64,000 nucleotides of DNA from Acidobacteriota bacterium (GCA_965209055.1 OZ242374.1:2624001-2688000), one strand, 5' to 3'. Positions 50,686 to 58,776 are shown, counted from the first letter of the stretch. The notes: generated by a model from the sequence alone, not told the origin. Numbers and translations are program-made.

Positions 50686-51645
50686 ATGGCCCGAACTGCC
50701 CGACACAAGAGCTCAGAAGCCGCCTTCTATCACGTCACCAATCGAGTCGTCGGCCGGCCCGGCTGGTTCCCCTTCAGGAATCGCCAGTCCCGTCTCAAAC
50801 TCCTGCACATGATGTTGTTCTACGTGAACGCCTACCGCTGTCGCCTGGCTGCCTACCAGATCATGGACAATCACTTCCACCTCGTCGTCCATTTCGAGAA
50901 GTTCCGCTCCCTGTCCGGTAAGGAGCTGGAGGACCATGCCGGGCAGTTCTATGGACACCGGGCGGAAGAGGTCACTGGCGATTGGACCGACACCCAATGG
51001 AAGTCCTTCAATCGGCGGCTGTTCGACCTGTCGAGACTGATGGCCGACCTGGACGGACATTACGCACGGTGGTTCAACGACACGCATGAGCGGCGAGGTC
51101 ATCTCTGGGGCGATCGTTTCAAGAGTTCCGAACTGCTCGATGAACAGGCCGTCCAGGACGTCATACTCTACGTGGAGCTCAATCCGGTCCGAGCCGGACT
51201 GGTCCAGCGGCCCGGGCAGTGGAAGTGGGGCTCGGCCTGCTGGCGGCTCAACGGCCAGGATCAATATCTGATTCCACTGGGCGAGCTGTTTCCTGAGGAT
51301 CCCGGAGAGGAATTGTACAGCAGTTACCGGGCGCGGCTGTACCATCGAGGCGCGGTTCCCACCCGGGAGAACCAGGCCGCCATCCCCGACTGGATCCTCC
51401 ATCAGGAGGAGCGACGGGGATTCGCCCGCCCCGGCGGATTTCGTCGGCGTCTGCGTTTTCTGACTGACGGGCTGGCCGTGGGGCCGGCGGCGAAGGTGGC
51501 GCAACTGCTGGAGACCTATCGGCGGCAAGGTCGATATCGACGCCGCCGAAACCCCATCCCCCAACTGGGCGGAGCGCTGTATTCCCTGCGGATACATCCA
51601 CACAGATTCCAACGATATCCCAAGACGTCCCGGATTATCTATTAA
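50686..51645 (+). CDS. REP-associated tyrosine transposase (RAYT, Y1 HUH) with native 3' end displaced
   Basis: YHVTNR, MDNHFHL (HUH), GHLWGDRFKS, YVELNPVRAG, WKWGS. Codons after 51591 come from the inserted element. Confidence 0.88.
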   Translation: MARTARHKSSEAAFYHVTNRVVGRPGWFPFRNRQSRLKLLHMMLFYVNAYRCRLAAYQIMDNHFHLVVHFEKFRSLSGKELEDHAGQFYGHRAEEVTGDWTDTQWKSFNRRLFDLSRLMADLDGHYARWFNDTHERRGHLWGDRFKSSELLDEQAVQDVILYVELNPVRAGLVQRPGQWKWGSACWRLNGQDQYLIPLGELFPEDPGEELYSSYRARLYHRGAVPTRENQAAIPDWILHQEERRGFARPGGFRRRLRFLTDGLAVGPAAKVAQLLETYRRQGRYRRRRNPIPQLGGALYSLRIHPHRFQRYPKTSRIIY

Positions 51646-51706
51646 GTGGTGTAATTACTGCGAGTTAGATCTAATCTGGACCCGTTTCTCTTGCCCGAGA
51701 CGTCCC

Positions 51707-51735
51707 TTGATATCCAGCTCCATCCGCTATATTAT
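51707..51735 (+). promoter_or_regulatory. Putative sigma70 promoter of the integrase (likely leaderless mRNA)
   Basis: TTGATA-17 bp-TATTAT, ATG at 51742 follows 6 nt after the -10 box, no SD. Confidence 0.6.
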
Positions 51736-51741
51736 GTGGTA

Positions 51742-52977
51742 ATGAGTGAAGTAAAGAATACGACCGCTCCAGCCCGGAAAACTAAGCCGAAGGGTCGCCA
51801 TCCTCACAAGGCGCTCTCCGCCGCATTCGTGCGCTCGGCCCCGCCGGGCAGACACTGCGACGGCAATGGCCTCTACCTCTTCGTCCAGCCGAGCGGAGCC
51901 CGGAGCTGGGTCCAACGCCTCGTCATCCGGGGCCGCCGCCGCGACTTCGGACTCGGCAGCGTGGCACTGGTCTCGCTCGCCGAGGCCCGCGAGAAGGCGC
52001 GGGCCAACCGCAAGCTGGCCCGCGAGGGGGGAGATCCGCTGGCCGAAAGACGCCGCGCCTGGAACATGCCGACCTTTGCCGAAGCCGTCAAGCGGGTAGT
52101 GGAGCAGAAGCGGTCCGGCTGGCGCAATCCGAGGGTGGCTCAGGACTGGATGGTGAGCCTGGGGCGCTACGCCTTTCCTCACATCGGGAGGCTGCCGGTC
52201 TCGGAGGTGACGAGTGCCGACGTGATCGGGATTCTGGCTCCGATCTGGCACGAGAAGCCGCCCACCGCCCGGAAGCTGCGCCAGCGCATCCGCGCGGTCC
52301 TGGAGTGGGCCGTGGCGATGGAATTCAGGATCGACAACCCCTGCGACCGCGTCGGGTCGGTTCTCGGAACACAGGACGCCGTGGTGCGGCACATGCGGGC
52401 CTTGCCGCATCGGGAGGTGGCCTCGGCGCTCCGGAAGGTGCGGGCCTCGGACGCGGCGCCCGTGTCCATGCTGGCCTTCGAGTTCCTGGTGCTCACGGCG
52501 GCGAGGTGGGGCGAGGTGCGGTGGGCCGAGTGGTCGGAGATCGATCCGGCGCAAAGGACGTGGACGGTTCCGGCGACGCGCATGAAGTCCAAACGCGAGC
52601 ACCGGGTGCCGCTGTGTGGCCGGGCGAAGGAAATTCTGGCCGAAACACGGACGCTGGAGAATGGAACCGCCCGGCTGGTCTTCACCCGAAGGGGCGGAAA
52701 GCCGCTCGCCGAGGGGGCGCTGCGCCATCTGCTCCGCCGGAACGGGATCCCGGCCGTGCCGCACGGGTTCCGGTCGTCGTTCCGGGACTGGGCCGCCGAG
52801 GAGACGGACCATCCACGCGAGGTGGTCGAGGCGGCGCTGGCGCATGTGGTGAAGAACAAGGTCGAGGCGGCGTACCGGCGCACGGACCTGTTCGAGCGGC
52901 GGCGTGTGCTCATGGAGGACTGGGCGGGCTATCTGGCCGGCGGGAGTCGGCAACTGGTGTCCGGTCGGCGGCGTTGA
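51742..52977 (+). CDS. Tyrosine integrase with arm-type DNA-binding domain (P4/DUF4102-like)
   Basis: DGNGLYL, GLGS..VSLAEAR; catalytic R (TAAR), K (MKSK), HGFR, LAH, AAY all intact. Confidence 0.93.
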   Translation: MSEVKNTTAPARKTKPKGRHPHKALSAAFVRSAPPGRHCDGNGLYLFVQPSGARSWVQRLVIRGRRRDFGLGSVALVSLAEAREKARANRKLAREGGDPLAERRRAWNMPTFAEAVKRVVEQKRSGWRNPRVAQDWMVSLGRYAFPHIGRLPVSEVTSADVIGILAPIWHEKPPTARKLRQRIRAVLEWAVAMEFRIDNPCDRVGSVLGTQDAVVRHMRALPHREVASALRKVRASDAAPVSMLAFEFLVLTAARWGEVRWAEWSEIDPAQRTWTVPATRMKSKREHRVPLCGRAKEILAETRTLENGTARLVFTRRGGKPLAEGALRHLLRRNGIPAVPHGFRSSFRDWAAEETDHPREVVEAALAHVVKNKVEAAYRRTDLFERRRVLMEDWAGYLAGGSRQLVSGRRR

Positions 52978-53033
52978 GCCGCCGTGGTGGTCCTCCCGGC
53001 CGGCTTCGGGATCTGGCGTTCGAGTTGGCTTCC

Positions 53034-53344
53034 GGGAGGTCGGTTTTGACCGCTGAAAAGTGGCGTGTCGTGGCCGTACGGGAGTGTGAACGGGACATGC
53101 GGGGTGGATTCACAAAAAGCGGTCCCGGCGATTCACAACTCCGCTTCCCCCGATCTTTTTTCCTTTCAGTCAGTTGCGGCCACATTCCCGGCTTCGCCGC
53201 GCCCGCACGGGGAAATCGGAGGTGGATGGGAGCGACCCCCCCTTTTTCCTGCCCGGTGCGGGCGCGGGGGTGTGGCGCCATTCACATTTGCGCCACACCC
53301 CCTGGGGGGGTCGCTCCCATCCAATTGATCCCTGACGGGAAGGT
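53034..53344. repeat. Structured non-coding unit 1 (hexamer TTCACA)
   Basis: 20-bp perfect stem 53223-53242/53304-53323, inner 13-bp stem 53266-53278/53290-53302; homologous to units 2 and 3. Confidence 0.85.
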
Positions 53345-53579
53345 GGAAGAACCGCCCTATGAAGTAGAGAAACGTGGCCCTCGTTCCGGGTGGAGCGGCG
53401 GCAGTGATCTGGCGCACCGGATAGGATCCCTTTCCCGGACTTGGAGACGTTCCCGTGTCGGATCGGATCGCGGTTCACGAGCCGATGCTGCATGCGGTGA
53501 TCCAGGCGGGGGACGATTTGGCTCCAAGCGTCGCCGTCCCTGCCCACTGATTCCTTTCGGTGTCCTGGATCCTTGCGCC

Positions 53580-53865
53580 ACGCGGTGGCGAGTCCACAGA
53601 AATGCGGCTGCGCCAGCGACTCCACCAGAATGATATCGCGGCCGTGCGGCACGGGTTCCGGTCGTCGTTCCGGGACCAGGCGGAGGAGGAGACGGACCAT
53701 CCGCGCGAGGTCGTCGAGGCGGCGCTGGCGCAGGTGGCGAAAAACAAAGTCGAGGCGGCGAATCGGCGGACGGACCTGTTCGAGCGCCGGCGTCGGCTCA
53801 TGGAGGACTGGGCGAGCTATCTGGCTGGCGGGAGTCGGCAACCGGCGTCCGTCCGGCTCCGTTGA
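53580..53865 (+). pseudogene. Duplicated integrase C-terminal fragment with catalytic His->Gln and Tyr->Asn
   Basis: HGFRSSFRD...LAQV...EAANRRTDLF vs LAHV...EAAYRRTDLF; similarity continues ~90 bp past the stop. Confidence 0.85.
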
Positions 53866-53921
53866 TCCGCCGTGGTCGTCCTCCCGGCAGGTTTCGTAAT
53901 CTGGGGTTCGAGCCGGATTCC

Positions 53922-54229
53922 GGGAGGTCGATCTTGACCGCTGAAAAGTGGGGTTCCGTGCCGATCGGGGAGTGCACATGAGACAACGGAGGGCATGTGC
54001 ACCATGAGGGCTCTTCGCCGTGCACGGCGACTTTCCTCTAACTTGCTGTCCCCGTTCGGGTTACGGCTCGCCTCGCGGCTCGGCGGTGCCGCTCGGGGAA
54101 AGCGGAGGTGGACGGGAGCGACCCCCCTTTTTTGCCTCCCGGATCGGCAAAGCGGGGCAGGTTGATGCGCACTCTCCGTGCCATCGCCTCGGGGGGTCGC
54201 TCCCGTCCCAATGATCCCTGCCGGGAAGG
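53922..54229. repeat. Structured non-coding unit 2 (hexamer TGTGCA)
   Basis: 18-bp perfect stem 54110-54127/54191-54208, diverged interior. Confidence 0.8.
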
Positions 54230-54545
54230 CGTCTGGATCGCCTGAGCGCGTGGCGCTGCGGCACGGAACGGCGCGGTGGGCAAGCCGCCGCGTGCCAGTG
54301 CTCGTACAAGCGTCTGTGGACGGCCCCATGGCTGGACGGAGTGATCTGGCGGATTGAACAGGCAATCTTCTTCCAGAAATGCGGAGTGTGCTGAAAGGGA
54401 CGCGGGCCGATTCGACGGCTATGGCAGCGTCAGGGCCTCGCTGAGACCGGCCATCGAGTGGCGACCAGGGGCGGAAGATCGCGACGCCGGCGTGGAGATC
54501 GACGACGACGTTCGCGACGCTCTCGTGGCGGGCGACACGCTTGCC

Positions 54546-54853
54546 GGGGAGCTCATTTTGACGGGTACAGAGCGCCCCACCGTGTCGATCCGGGAGTGTA
54601 AGGGAGACAAAGGGGGCAACTTACATCATGGGAGTCTGCAAACTTACACACGCGATTTCCCCGATCTCTTTGTCGCTCATGCTGTTACGGCCATGTTTTC
54701 GGCTCCGCCGTGCCCGCACGGGGAAAGCGGAGGTGGAAGGGAGCGACCCCCCCCTTTTTCCTGCCCGGTGCGGGCGCGGGGGTGTGGCGCAATTTACATC
54801 TGCGCCACACCCCCTGGGGGGGTCGCTCCCTTCCAAAATATCCCTGCGGGAAG
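54546..54853. repeat. Structured non-coding unit 3 (hexamer CTTACA)
   Basis: 20-bp stem 54734-54753/54816-54835, inner 14-bp stem 54778-54791/54801-54814. Confidence 0.85.
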
Positions 54854-55637
54854 CCCCCGGAGAAGAATCCGGAAGACCTGTTAGAACTCTGCCAGGCGTC
54901 CGTTCCCCACACGTGGTGCGTGATCCAGGCATGACCACAGGCGAAACGTGCCAATGGGATCCGCAGGTGCAGGTGGATTTGCGGCGTCCTCTTGGACGAG
55001 GAGGTGGACCGAACCCCGGAAGGTCTGAACTTGGAACGGCAGGTGGAGGTCGGCGTCGGGGTCCGCTCCAGGCCCAGCCCCCGGTCCAGGGCCTGGCCGA
55101 CGAGGCGGTCGGCGCGGGTGGTGGTGGTCCGGCCGTCGAAAGCCAGCTCGACGCCGTGGCGGCGTGCGACGAGGCGGCGGCCGAAGCGCAGGGCGCGGTT
55201 TCTCCGGCCAGCCGGAACAGAGGACGGACCGGGGGAACCTATCCCCCCAGACCCCCCAGTGGCGCCAGAACCCCGGGCGGCTCACCTTGCCGCCAGTGAA
55301 CCTGGCGCTCCTGTTCGTCGCGCGTCCCATGAGAATGGGACCCTCGCGCGGTCTCCTCGGGCTTCCAGCCCGGAGTGAGACGTCGGCCCGTTTCGGAAGT
55401 CCTGGCCCAACGGACCCGTCCGGATCCGAATGTCCGCCCCCAATTCCCGGAGCGCGCAGGCTCTTGAAACCTGGGAGTCGAGGCGAGAAACTCGTCCCTG
55501 GAGTCCACGGACCTCCAATAGGGTCGAATGGAATCCCGTTTAGAAGGTGGGTTGCAATGAGGTAAACCGCTCGGGAGAATAGATCCTAACTATATTAATA
55601 TCAGATACTTACGAGAATTCTTCCGTAGACCCTGCGG

Positions 55638-55667
55638 GAGCAGCGCTCGAACGCCGTCGTCGCGTAA
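55638..55667 (+). pseudogene. Displaced native 3' end of the RAYT gene (EQRSNAVVA*)
   Basis: In frame with the RAYT across the CCCTGCGG repeat, ends with TAA at 55665-55667. Confidence 0.65.
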
Positions 55668-56039
55668 ACTCGACTGACCGTTGGCCGTCGACCGTCCCGC
55701 GGTGGCGTCGCACTCCCAGGATCACTGGATGCACTCAATAGCTCTATCCCCGGAACGAGGTTCTCGAGTCTGATCCCTTCCGGATCCTCCCCTTCCGGAT
55801 GGTGCGTCGCGAGTCGGAGGTGCCCGAGGATCCATCGGCGCTGGACGACCGGTCCCAAGAGTGGGCCAACTGTCCGAAACCGGACACTTTGTCCCGGAAT
55901 CGGACACTTCGTTGCGGCCTGAAGCAGGATCGGTGCGTGATCGGGTAGTGATCGAGACGCGAGATCATCCTTGACGTCAGGAATCTGACCCAGAACGGCC
56001 TCCTCGCAGCTTCCGTGTGGCTTTCCGCGCAACTCGAGC

Positions 56040-56117
56040 AAATTCCGCAAATTCCGAACTGTCCCTTCCCCCAAATTCCGAACTGTCCCTTCCCCCAATT
56101 CCGAACCGTCCCTTTCC
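56040..56117 (-). repeat. Tandem 24-bp repeats downstream of RAYT, inverted relative to the upstream array
   Basis: AAATTCCGAACTGTCCCTTCCCCC at 56049-56072 and 56073-56096, degenerate copy 56097-56117; CTGTCCCTT is the reverse complement of AAGGGACAG. Confidence 0.9.
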
Positions 56118-56211
56118 GTCCGCTGCCGTCCTCATTGACGGGAGTCCGGATCGAACCGAAAGGGCCCGTCAGTGCCGAACGAACGGATCTCCTCCCGGGG
56201 CAAGGTTCGCG

Positions 56212-57750
56212 TCATTGTGCAATTCTCCTGTCCCGAAATTCCTTGGCTCCGACCCACGGGGCGCCGACGCGCCGGAAGAAGGTCACTCGCCGCCGGATCT
56301 CCTCTTGCGAAGGACGATCCAGATGGCTGACCAGAACCCCCACAAGGCAGATTCCCGGCATCAGGTAGACGTAGATCCAACGGGCCCAGACGGGGAAGGG
56401 AACAACCGGGTCGGCCAGAACGTTGGCGTAGATCGCGACGGCCAGGCCCAACGTCCAACCCAGTGCGAGGCAGACGCTCGCGGCCCGCCGGCTCGCCTTC
56501 CACCAGAGAAATCCGAAGACGCAAGGGAAGAACATGGCCGCGAAGAGGGTGTTCCCGAAGAGATTGATGACCACCAGCAACTTGCCCAGAAGCGTCGTGC
56601 ACAACAGGAGGGTGATCAGGCCCAGGAGCAGCGTGACCTTGCGGCCCACCCTCAACTGGTCCGCATCGGAGGCGTCTGGCCGGAGCCACCCTTTGTAGAA
56701 GTCCTGCACCACCATGGCCGAAGTGGTGTTCCAGATGCTGGACATGGTGGTCTGGCAGACGGCGAAGAGCATGGCCAGCATCAGTCCGCGGATCCCGGGG
56801 CCCAGGAAAAGGTTCATGGCCCCGCCCACGGCCTGATCCGGATCCTGCAGGCTGGAATGGTGGCTGTGATAGATGAGCGTGGCCACCTGTCCGCAGGCAT
56901 AGAGGAGAGTGGTGGCCAGGGTGGCGATGGCCACAGCGGCGAAGGCGGTCTTCTCGCTGCGGGCGGCGAACATCCGCTGCCCGTACCAGGGCGCCAGCGG
57001 GTAACAGAGGAGGATGACCACGTTCAGGGTGACGATGAAATGGAGGGGTAGAATGGGGTCGGGATCCACGGCCTGGTAGGAATGGAACAGCGGTTCCGGC
57101 GCGGCGAACTGCAGGGCGCTGATGGCCAGTAGCGGCAGTACGACGACCGTGACCACCAGCGACGCCGTGTCGGTGAAGGCCACCGCAATCAGGCCGCCGG
57201 CCCAGGTGAAGATGAGGACAACGGTGCTGATCACCAGGGCGGTCCAGACCAGGGTCCGGTCCGCCGTGATCCAACCCGGGACCAGAGCGCCCGAGGGTGC
57301 GAGTCCCAGCGCCGAGGAGAACGTCTTGCTGGTGGCGATGAGGTAGCCCGAGGAGAAGAGGGTCAGGATCAGGGTGGTGACCAGGCTGACGGCTCGACGC
57401 AGTCCCAAGGAGTACCGGGCCTCGAACATCTCGGCGATGCTCACCGCCTGGAGCCTCTGCCAGCGGCGCGCCACCAGCAGGCCGTAGCTGCCGAGTCCGG
57501 TGATGAAGATCAGGCAGAGCCAGGCGGCCCGGGGCCCGGCCGTGTAGCTGATGCTCCCGAACCAGATCATGGTGGAGGGATTGAACTCGGTCATCACCAG
57601 CGTGCCCACCAGGGCGAACATCCCCAGTTGCCTGCCGGCGACGGTGTAGTCCAGGGAGGTGCGGACGCGGCGCGACACCCAGAGTCCGTAACCCAGGGCG
57701 CCCAGGGCGTAGAGCGCCACGATGCCGAGGTCGACCCAGTTCCCGCTCAT
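56212..57750 (-). CDS. Sodium:solute symporter (SSS) family protein
   Basis: DYTVAGR, AGGLIAVAFTD, QRMFAARS, many TM helices. Confidence 0.88.
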   Translation of the reverse strand: MSGNWVDLGIVALYALGALGYGLWVSRRVRTSLDYTVAGRQLGMFALVGTLVMTEFNPSTMIWFGSISYTAGPRAAWLCLIFITGLGSYGLLVARRWQRLQAVSIAEMFEARYSLGLRRAVSLVTTLILTLFSSGYLIATSKTFSSALGLAPSGALVPGWITADRTLVWTALVISTVVLIFTWAGGLIAVAFTDTASLVVTVVVLPLLAISALQFAAPEPLFHSYQAVDPDPILPLHFIVTLNVVILLCYPLAPWYGQRMFAARSEKTAFAAVAIATLATTLLYACGQVATLIYHSHHSSLQDPDQAVGGAMNLFLGPGIRGLMLAMLFAVCQTTMSSIWNTTSAMVVQDFYKGWLRPDASDADQLRVGRKVTLLLGLITLLLCTTLLGKLLVVINLFGNTLFAAMFFPCVFGFLWWKASRRAASVCLALGWTLGLAVAIYANVLADPVVPFPVWARWIYVYLMPGICLVGVLVSHLDRPSQEEIRRRVTFFRRVGAPWVGAKEFRDRRIAQ

Positions 57751-57756
57751 GACGGG

Positions 57757-58776
57757 CTAGTCTTCCTGAGCCCAGTCGAACACGGCGGCGATGAGATCCT
57801 TGGAGTGCTCCCGGGCCAGTTCGTACGCTTCCTTCATGCGTTCGGGCGGGAAGCGGTGGGTGATCAGGGAATCGAATCGCATGTCCCTGTTGGCCAGGAG
57901 GGTCATGATGTACTGGAGATTCCTCCGAATGTTGAAGCGGAGGTCCGAGGCCGGCGCATCGGTTGAAGGAGCAGAGCCGGAGCCCAGGAGCGTGAGCTGC
58001 TTGGCGTAGAACCACCTGGGGTCCAGCGGATTGAAGTCGGGAGGTTCGTCGAACCTTCCGGGAAAGCCCAGGATGCTGATCCGGCCGCCGGTGCGGGCGA
58101 TGTCCACCGAGAGCCGGTATGCCGGCCAGGGATTCGCGGTGAGGATGACCAAGTCCGTCCCCTCCTCGCCGAAGACACGGGCGAGACAGTCGCCGAGCCC
58201 CGGGTCCCGGTACTCGACGGCGGCATGGGCGCCCATCTTCAGGGCGGCCGCCGACCGTTTGGGCGAATTGGAGATGGCCACTACCTTGGCCCCCATGGCC
58301 CGGGCGAGTCCCACGGTGCACAGTCCGATGATACCCAGGCCCACCACAGCGACGTTTTCTCCCGTCTCGTACTTCGCCTGCCGGATTCCGGCCAGGCCCA
58401 GATGGGTGAGATAGGCCAGCGACGCCTCGTCGGCGGGGACCCCGTCCGGAATCGGAGTCAGCACCTCGTCATCGCTGGCGATGAAGGCGGACTGGTGGTA
58501 GTGGCGCGAGAAGATTCTCTGGCCCGGACGGAATTGGGTGACTGCCGATCCCACCTTGCGAACGACTCCGACGTTGGAGTAACCCACTTGGCGCGGGTAG
58601 TCGGGCGCGTCGGGAACATAGTTGGAGTCGCCCAGGTAGTTGCCCAGATCGGTGCCCGTGGAGAGGGCCGAAACCAGAGTCTCCACGTAGAGTTGGTTCG
58701 GCTCGAGAGCGTCGCTGTCGAGGTCCCGCTCCTCTACTCGAAGGTCCCTGGCGCCGTACAGAATGGCCGCTTTCAT
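57757..58776 (-). CDS. MDR (zinc-binding ADH-like) oxidoreductase
   Basis: MKAAILYG, STGTD, GYSNVG, GLGIIG, LITHRF. Confidence 0.85.
   Translation of the reverse strand: MKAAILYGARDLRVEERDLDSDALEPNQLYVETLVSALSTGTDLGNYLGDSNYVPDAPDYPRQVGYSNVGVVRKVGSAVTQFRPGQRIFSRHYHQSAFIASDDEVLTPIPDGVPADEASLAYLTHLGLAGIRQAKYETGENVAVVGLGIIGLCTVGLARAMGAKVVAISNSPKRSAAALKMGAHAAVEYRDPGLGDCLARVFGEEGTDLVILTANPWPAYRLSVDIARTGGRISILGFPGRFDEPPDFNPLDPRWFYAKQLTLLGSGSAPSTDAPASDLRFNIRRNLQYIMTLLANRDMRFDSLITHRFPPERMKEAYELAREHSKDLIAAVFDWAQED

Larger units (their letters stand above)
51584..55637 (+). mobile_element. ~4.05 kb integrative element with P4-like tyrosine integrase, inserted in the RAYT gene
   Basis: CCCTGCGG direct repeats at 51584-51591 and 55630-55637. 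Excision gives in-frame YSLR-EQRSNAVVA*. AT-rich IHF-like sites and 10-bp-phased TCC arrays at both ends. Confidence 0.78.

Noticed and set aside
53223-53323. Simple rho-independent terminators
   Set aside because: The T-run lies inside the large stem, and the conserved upstream hexamer geometry and crossing helix are not explained by termination.
54842-54849. CCCTGCGG here as the right end of the integrated element
   Set aside because: The copy at 55630 is preferred because it is preceded by mirrored IHF-like and phased repeats and restores a short RAYT C-terminus with a stop. Not formally excluded.
53034-54853. Integron attC cassette array
   Set aside because: No RYYYAAC/GTTRRRY cores at the stem ends, no intact cassette ORFs, and the integrase is arm-binding P4-like without an evident IntI insertion.
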